From NCBI GenBank assembly GCA_040954595.2, contig CM082579.2, positions 2,183,908-2,247,907 on the forward strand: a DNA stretch of 64,000 nucleotides. The letters run 5' to 3'. The notes beneath the pieces were generated by a model. The model was not told where the DNA came from and ran no database searches. It saw only the letters and a list, made by a program, of their open reading frames with translations. The translations under genes were made by a program, and so were the position numbers. Numbering within the stretch: the stretch's first letter is position 1; each line of letters opens with the position of its first letter. This document shows, piece after piece, positions 57,787-64,000 of this stretch. Origin of the DNA: Balanoglossus misakiensis. Its lineage: Eukaryota; Animalia; Hemichordata.

Positions 57787-60700
57787 TCATAGTCCTCCTG
57801 GTCCAGGCAAAGGTATGATGATCTCCACAAAGGCAGCCGGGAATTGTCCGGTTTTATTGTTCACTTCTCCAGTGTACCAGTCGTCGTTGACTTTGGTCAA
57901 CAGGTAAATAGTATCACCAGCCTGTGAGGGATACAAAACAAAGGAAATTTTTTAGCTGAAACCAAAACTGACTTGGAGGTAGATAACATCAGTGAGAGAT
58001 TGTCTTTTTTGCATACATTACCTGGAATGAGAGGTCCCCTTCTGATTCCCCTGTGAAGTCATAGAGGGCTTCAGCCTTGGGCATCAACTCTTCAAAAGAG
58101 CCACCTCTCTGTCTGGTTGAACGTCTAGAATCTGGATATCAGAGAGAACAGAAATCGTCTTCAGCAATGGGGTGTGGCAGATAACGTGAGTCAGAAAGAG
58201 AAGATAAGTTTGACTGTGTGGGTCTGGTGTACTAGAGAATCTCAAGTTCTGGAGTTCACTGATAAAAACTCTCACCTGTACTGGTTGGTAAATCTTCCAC
58301 TACATTGACGAATCCCTTCGGAAAAATCCCTGTCTGGCCATTGCACGTTCCTTTGTACCAATCATCACCAACTCTCTCTGTCAACATGATTTTGTCGCCT
58401 TCTTTGAAACTGAGATCATCAGGTGGGGTGCCGTCATAGTCATACACAGCTATGCAATGTGGTCCACTTGGTTCCTGTAAGCAACAGATTGTGTAACCTT
58501 CAGTTCTGCAATTGTATGTTAAATTATCCTAAAGTATGAGGCTAAAATGTGTGCTCACATGTAACTAATCTCGATATTATCTTGACTAAGAATCTCTGTG
58601 ACTCTGACCTGTGGTGTAGACACATCATCAACAACCGGAGGCAGATTGCTCGGAATCCTGTCGATGAAATTAGCTGGAAATCTACCACTCCTCCAATTAA
58701 CCTCACCAACCAGCCATTCATTGTTCACTTGGTTTGTGACCTTGATCTTGTCACCAGCCTGGTATGGAAAAAGACAAGAGTTTCAAATTGGTCAATGTAA
58801 AACTACTGATTGAAAATTAAAATGATTCAATGAAATTATCCTTCGAAATAATCTGCTTGCAGCTTTACCTTGAATGAAAGTTCTGTGCTGTCTGCACCAT
58901 CAAAATCATAGAGGGCTGTAGACATATTGTCTGAAAATACAATGAAGATTACCGGTATTTAATAGAAAATCATATGGTAAGGTAATATTGAACCTTGACT
59001 GCAAATTGTCCACAAAATGCATTTGTTTTGTATCTCCCTCAAATTTGCTTCTCTCAGTGTTGGTGTCTACATAGATGTAATTTCAGAGCACATGGCCATT
59101 TCTATCTTCATCTTTACCTTCTGAAACCGGTGTTGGTGGCGTCACGGTGATGGCAGCAGTGGGCGAGGCAAAGTCTGTTGCCGTGGCAAATGAAGACGGG
59201 GGCAAATTCTCGATGACTTCCACAAACTCCAGAGGGAAGATGCCAACTCGGCCGTTGAGTTCCCCTCTCATCCACTCCTCGCCGACGGGTTCGATCATTC
59301 GGATGATGTCGCCCTCGTCAAAGTCCAAATCATTTTCTCCTTCAGCTTCAAAGTCAAAGCGCGCTCTGCACCTGGGACCACTGTGGAGCAGAAGCAAGAT
59401 ATTGTGTCATTATCACACTTCATCATGTGCACATAATCTGAGGGGCCACATGAACCCCTGAAATCCATGTTTAACTCTGTCTGTATGTACTCTGAATGGT
59501 ACATGTGTACAACACTCTCTCTTGACATGGGGAAGTGTACGAGTGCCACCATTAGAAAAGGAAAGAAATCTTACCTCATGGTGTCTGGTTTCACTTCTTC
59601 CTTCTCTTCAGGAAGGTCCTCCTGTTTCAGGAAAAAGTACAGTTTAGTTTCCGTCAGAGATAAAACACAACACTCACACAATAAAGTGCAAGGTTGCTAT
59701 CTAAAGAAAATGTGCTATGACTGGCAATCCCCTACATTAAGCATTCCTACATGTAGTGGCTGATAACACTTGCTAACCAACGCAAAATAAAACCCCACAA
59801 TAACACCAACAACATGTTACTTACCAGCACTTCTACAAAGTTACTGGGGAACATACCCACTTCCCCACAGCATTCCCCTTTGTACCAATCATCTCCAACC
59901 CTGGACAGCAGTTTTATCATGTCACCCTTGTAGAAGTTGAGATCATCTGGAGCAGACGAGTCGTAGTCATACGAAGCGACAGCACATGGGCCTTCCACTC
60001 TGCCAGGTCTCTGTGTATCGAAGCCAGAATTCGAGGATGAACCCACAGACATAACAGTAGGCTTCAGAAAATTCCTGTTTAGCGCTGTTCTTAACTTACA
60101 TGTTCATCACAAACAGCATCATATTGAGCATGAATATGGTTGAAATTCCATAAATCTTTCGAAATTAAAGTTTCAATAGCCTTGCTGTATTCATTATCCA
60201 TGTACTCACATCTCCAGGAAGAGCTTGAATTATCCGGACGAATTTTTTGGGAAACATTCCTTCTTGATCAACATTCCTACCAAACATCCAGTCATCATCG
60301 ATTTTCTTCAAAAGGATGATGACATCATCTTGCTGTGGCACAAGCATAACAAGACAAAGTGTTACCGATTTCAGAGCCATGTCTGTCTAATCAATGTCAA
60401 TGGGTAAAAATGATGGGTAAAACCAAACTCACCTCAAAAGACAGTTCATCATAGTTTTGTTTGGAGTATGGGAACACTGCTATGGCATGAGGATCTGTCA
60501 CCTGCAACAGAATGAGCAAGTTCAAGGTCAGACATGGTTGTGATGCTGAGTCCTTGACCAAGACATCTTACCTTTCAGCCTCCCTTTGCAAATGTATACC
60601 TCTAGGACTGTGATTACTATCAGCATTGGTTTTGTCACAATGGCACAATAGTCATATCACGAAAAGAGACTGAAAGACTTGACACTTACCATATATTTAA

Positions 60701-63700
60701 ATAATGGATGACCAGGACCAGGTCTTTGGGGTAAGCCAGGAGTACCCTTTGATCTAGCTCCTCCTGCTAAAAGAATACAGAGTAGAATGAATACCGGTAT
60801 GTGAATTATAAGTACAAGAGACCTTACTTACAAAATTTCATGTTTCATATATGCCAGACATTTTTCGGGAATACCATATTATTTCCTCAAGCATTGTTAT
60901 AACACACAGTAGCATTGCATCTTATTCTTACCAGCTTCTGATCTTGTAGGGGCCGGTCTCCCTGGTTTTGCAGCACCTTTGGTCATTGGGGTCGGTCTGG
61001 GGGGTGCAGGAGCTTTCTTCTTTGGCTGTGATGGCTATAATACAATACAATACAATAGGAGTTCAATTCTATCATTGTTCAGACAATTTTTTTTTTAAAA
61101 TACTCCCTTTCACGGTAGCTGAAGCATATATGTTTAACAGTGAATACAGATAGAATACCACAAGGTACATGTATCCAGGTGGGTAGGGGTGGGGAAGGGG
61201 AAGTACAGTCATGATTATTTTCACTCACCCTGGCTGGAGCGACCCTCATTGATTGGGATCGGCCAATGTTTGAAGCACTGCTACTCTTTTTAATAGTTGG
61301 TGGCTGTTGGTCAATAGTTCCTGGTATGGGCATGTCGAGTAGAGATGCTGCTGTTGATGTGCTGGTCATTTTGGGACCACCGGATGGTCGAGGTGGTGGT
61401 GGTGCTGCCTTTGTAGTGGTCTTTGATGGCCTGATGATAGTGGGTCGTGCTGTGGTGCTCCCTGATGTTGACGGAGGAGGTAGAGGTTTGGGTGCAGGGG
61501 TGGTCACACAACTGCTGGCATCTACGGTTGGTTGTTCTGTTGTTTGAGGGGAAGGAGGTTTAGCATACAAGCCTTGTATTTCCTTGATGAAAGTGGACAT
61601 GTCCTGTGGAGCACCTGTTGTGTTCTGTCCGGCAGCTGTTTGACTGCCACCCCGAGGTGCGGGTGTTGGCGGCCAGGCAGCTGCGGTCTGATCGGCTTTG
61701 ATTGGCCGAGAACTTGGCACAGGAGGAGCCATGATTTGAGCTGCATTGAGGCTGCCAGTACTTGCAGTTGATTTTGGTCTTGGTCTTGATGCTGGCACCG
61801 GTGGTGGAGCAACCCCCGTGGTTGGTGGTGCCGGCATACTTGATTGAAGAGATGAAGAACTAGCAGTTTTGGAATCGGATGGAGGCCAGCTCCCAAACGC
61901 GTTCCGTTGTGAATCTTTTGGAGCGAATGGATCAGGTTGGGCTTGTGAGAAAAATGGGTCAGACTGAGATTTACTCGGTGCAAAGGGATCTTGTACTGAT
62001 GCGAAAGGATCTTCTCTCTTGGGTTGAGATGCAAATGGATCATTCACTTGTTTTTGGAAAGGGTCTGGCTGATCCTGCGTAGAGAAAGGGTCTGCATTAT
62101 TTTGTGTAAAGAAGGGGTCTGGTTTTGGTTGTGAAAAGGGGTCTGGCTGCTTTTGTGAGACAAACGCAGCCTGTGTTGGTGAGGCTCTTTGCTGTTGTTG
62201 TTTTGTTGACATGGGAGCTGCAGTTGCTCCTGTTTTGTTCTCCGACTGTGTTGATGATTTCACAGTTTCCTCAACTTCCGGCCCGATTGTTGGTCTCAGC
62301 ATGACGCCAAACATTCCACCTGCCGACGATGCAGAGATGTGTTGTGGAGGAGTGTGAGAACGAACAGGAGGGTGGTGGCCTGCCCCGGATAGACCGTCAG
62401 GTTTCGCAGCCAATGGAGGTTTAGCTGCCACTGCTGGTTTAGCTGCAATTACAGGTGGCCCTGAACTTGTTCGGGTCTCCACAGTGGTCACCGCAACACT
62501 CGGTTTAGCAGCTACAGGAGGGTGTGTTGCCGATATCCCACCTGCAGGGGGAGGAGACTGGGGTTTCTGAGCAATTGGTGGATGAAAGCTACTTGGTTTG
62601 GTTGCCACCGGTGGGGGTGACACTGAGTGACTTGCCGTCACAGGAGATGGTGATTTTTGATTTCTTGATTGGTTTGGGTCCTGCGTTGGAGGCGGCTGTA
62701 CTTGTAAATCTGTTGGCTTCGGTGAAATGGTTGGGGCAGGAGAAGGAGATCGGGCCTTAGCCGCTGTGCCTTTATCACCGGCTGTATCACTCTGCGCTCT
62801 ACCTGCTGGCATAGGTGGCACTGGTGGAGGCACTTTAGATAGCTCCTGGTGTTCTGGGATGACCTTTGGCCTCTGGGGCAGCGGAGGTCCGACACTGGTC
62901 ACAGCACCTGGCGGGGGTGTTGCACGTTTCTCCACCGCTGCCTCGTTACCGGGTGTTGCCTCGCTGGTTGGCGGTGTGGGACTCTCTGAAGAGCCACTGC
63001 TGATCGGAACACTGCTTGGTCTTGGTGGTGGAGTAGCGGCGCTGGTTGGGGGCACGTATGGGCGGCTGGGTCTGTTTGCTGGCACAGGTGGCGGGACATA
63101 GCGTCCCGATGGTCTGTTGGAAGGAATTGGTGGAGGTGTGGGCCCTGTTGCTGGAGATGCTCTACCACTTGAACTAGCTGATGCACGTCCACTCCCACCT
63201 GCTTGATTGTCATTGGTACTTGCTGAAGACTGAAAGAAACAACATGAATAATCCTTCAATTTCATGTATCCATTATTTACTGGCACCAAAATGAAAGTAT
63301 GTCAACCATGTGTTGAATCAAACATGCAGTAAAGAGTCTACGCATCTAATGAAACACTTAGACAGATATTTACCTCTTTCATTGACATCTCAGCTGCCGT
63401 TGGAGAAGTAACTGTTGCGTCAAAGAAGACAAAATGAAAATGATTTAGTATCACAATGTGACATAACAATCTGGATTCATATAAAAATCCTAATGGGGTC
63501 AATACCTGGTCTGCCTGGAGCTGGCGGTGGTGGTCTTCCAGGTCCTTCAAGTTTGGGTCGGTTGCTAGGCAATGGTGGGGGCACAGTCTCACTCTTGGGT
63601 GGCATGCCTGAAGACAGGGGCGCCGAGTGGTTGGTCACTTCACTCATGGGCCTGGCTGATATTATTGTGATTTCTGGACGACTGTAAATAAACAAATACA

Positions 63701-63949
63701 ATCAAATTAGAGTTAAAACAAACAAAACACATATGGTAACTATATAAATTATTCCATTTGATACAAATTGTAGCCTGGTTCAAAAATTATCTTTTCCCTC
63801 AAACTACTAACCACATGTATGGGTTTGGTTATTGATGGTATGAACTTACCCTCCCTTTAGTGGTGAAGTTGAAGGTGAGGCTTTAGGTGTTGATGATGGT
63901 GGAGGGGGTTTTGGTGGGGGTTGAGTTGTAGCAGGTCTTGGAGGTGTAG
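57787..63949 (-). CDS. SH3D19: SH3 domain-containing protein 19-like adaptor (Pro-rich N-terminal half, DPF repeats, six SH3 domains); 5'-partial
   Basis: Exons in transcript order: 63949-63850, 63681-63506, 63411-63374, 63229-61229, 61034-60932, 60766-60690, 60501-60433, 60332-60210, 60061-59825, 59621-59575, 59380-59118, 58930-58869, 58758-58609, 58474-58276, 58131-58022, 57921-57787. SH3D19 signature peptides RPEITIISARP and RPGPGHPLFKYM; six ALYDF/DLSF..WYxG..GxFP repeats. Confidence 0.9.
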
Positions 63950-64000
63950 CTGTATCAAGACAATGCAGACAATGATTAACAAATAATGAGATAACAGTAT

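Overview
Intron-rich animal genomic DNA, most likely an invertebrate bilaterian (the species cannot be determined from the window). I found no prokaryotic, CRISPR, rRNA or tRNA features. Five spliced protein-coding genes were reconstructed by hand with phase-consistent GT-AG junctions. (1) + strand: INF2/FHDC1-family inverted formin, 5' end upstream of the window, 14 exons from 3895 to 26464, ending in a 5.75-kb coding exon. (2) - strand: Jupiter/HN1 (JPT) microtubule-associated protein, 41974 to 32170, with frame-symmetric insert exons. (3) + strand: CRAMP1/cramped SANT-domain chromatin protein, 44063-51639, 18 exons. (4) - strand: unassigned single-RRM protein, 55969 to 53273. (5) - strand: SH3D19-like adaptor with six SH3 domains and nine DPF motifs, running from beyond 63949 to 57787. 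The most notable hidden structure is inside CRAMP1. Four of its introns each carry a SNORD54/U54-type C/D-box snoRNA guiding 18S rRNA methylation. One copy has a shifted box D with compensating guide extension, which suggests retargeting. CRAMP1 also has a U12-type minor intron and a 52-bp TIR element with a 9-bp target-site duplication. All homology calls come from recognising motifs, not from database searches.
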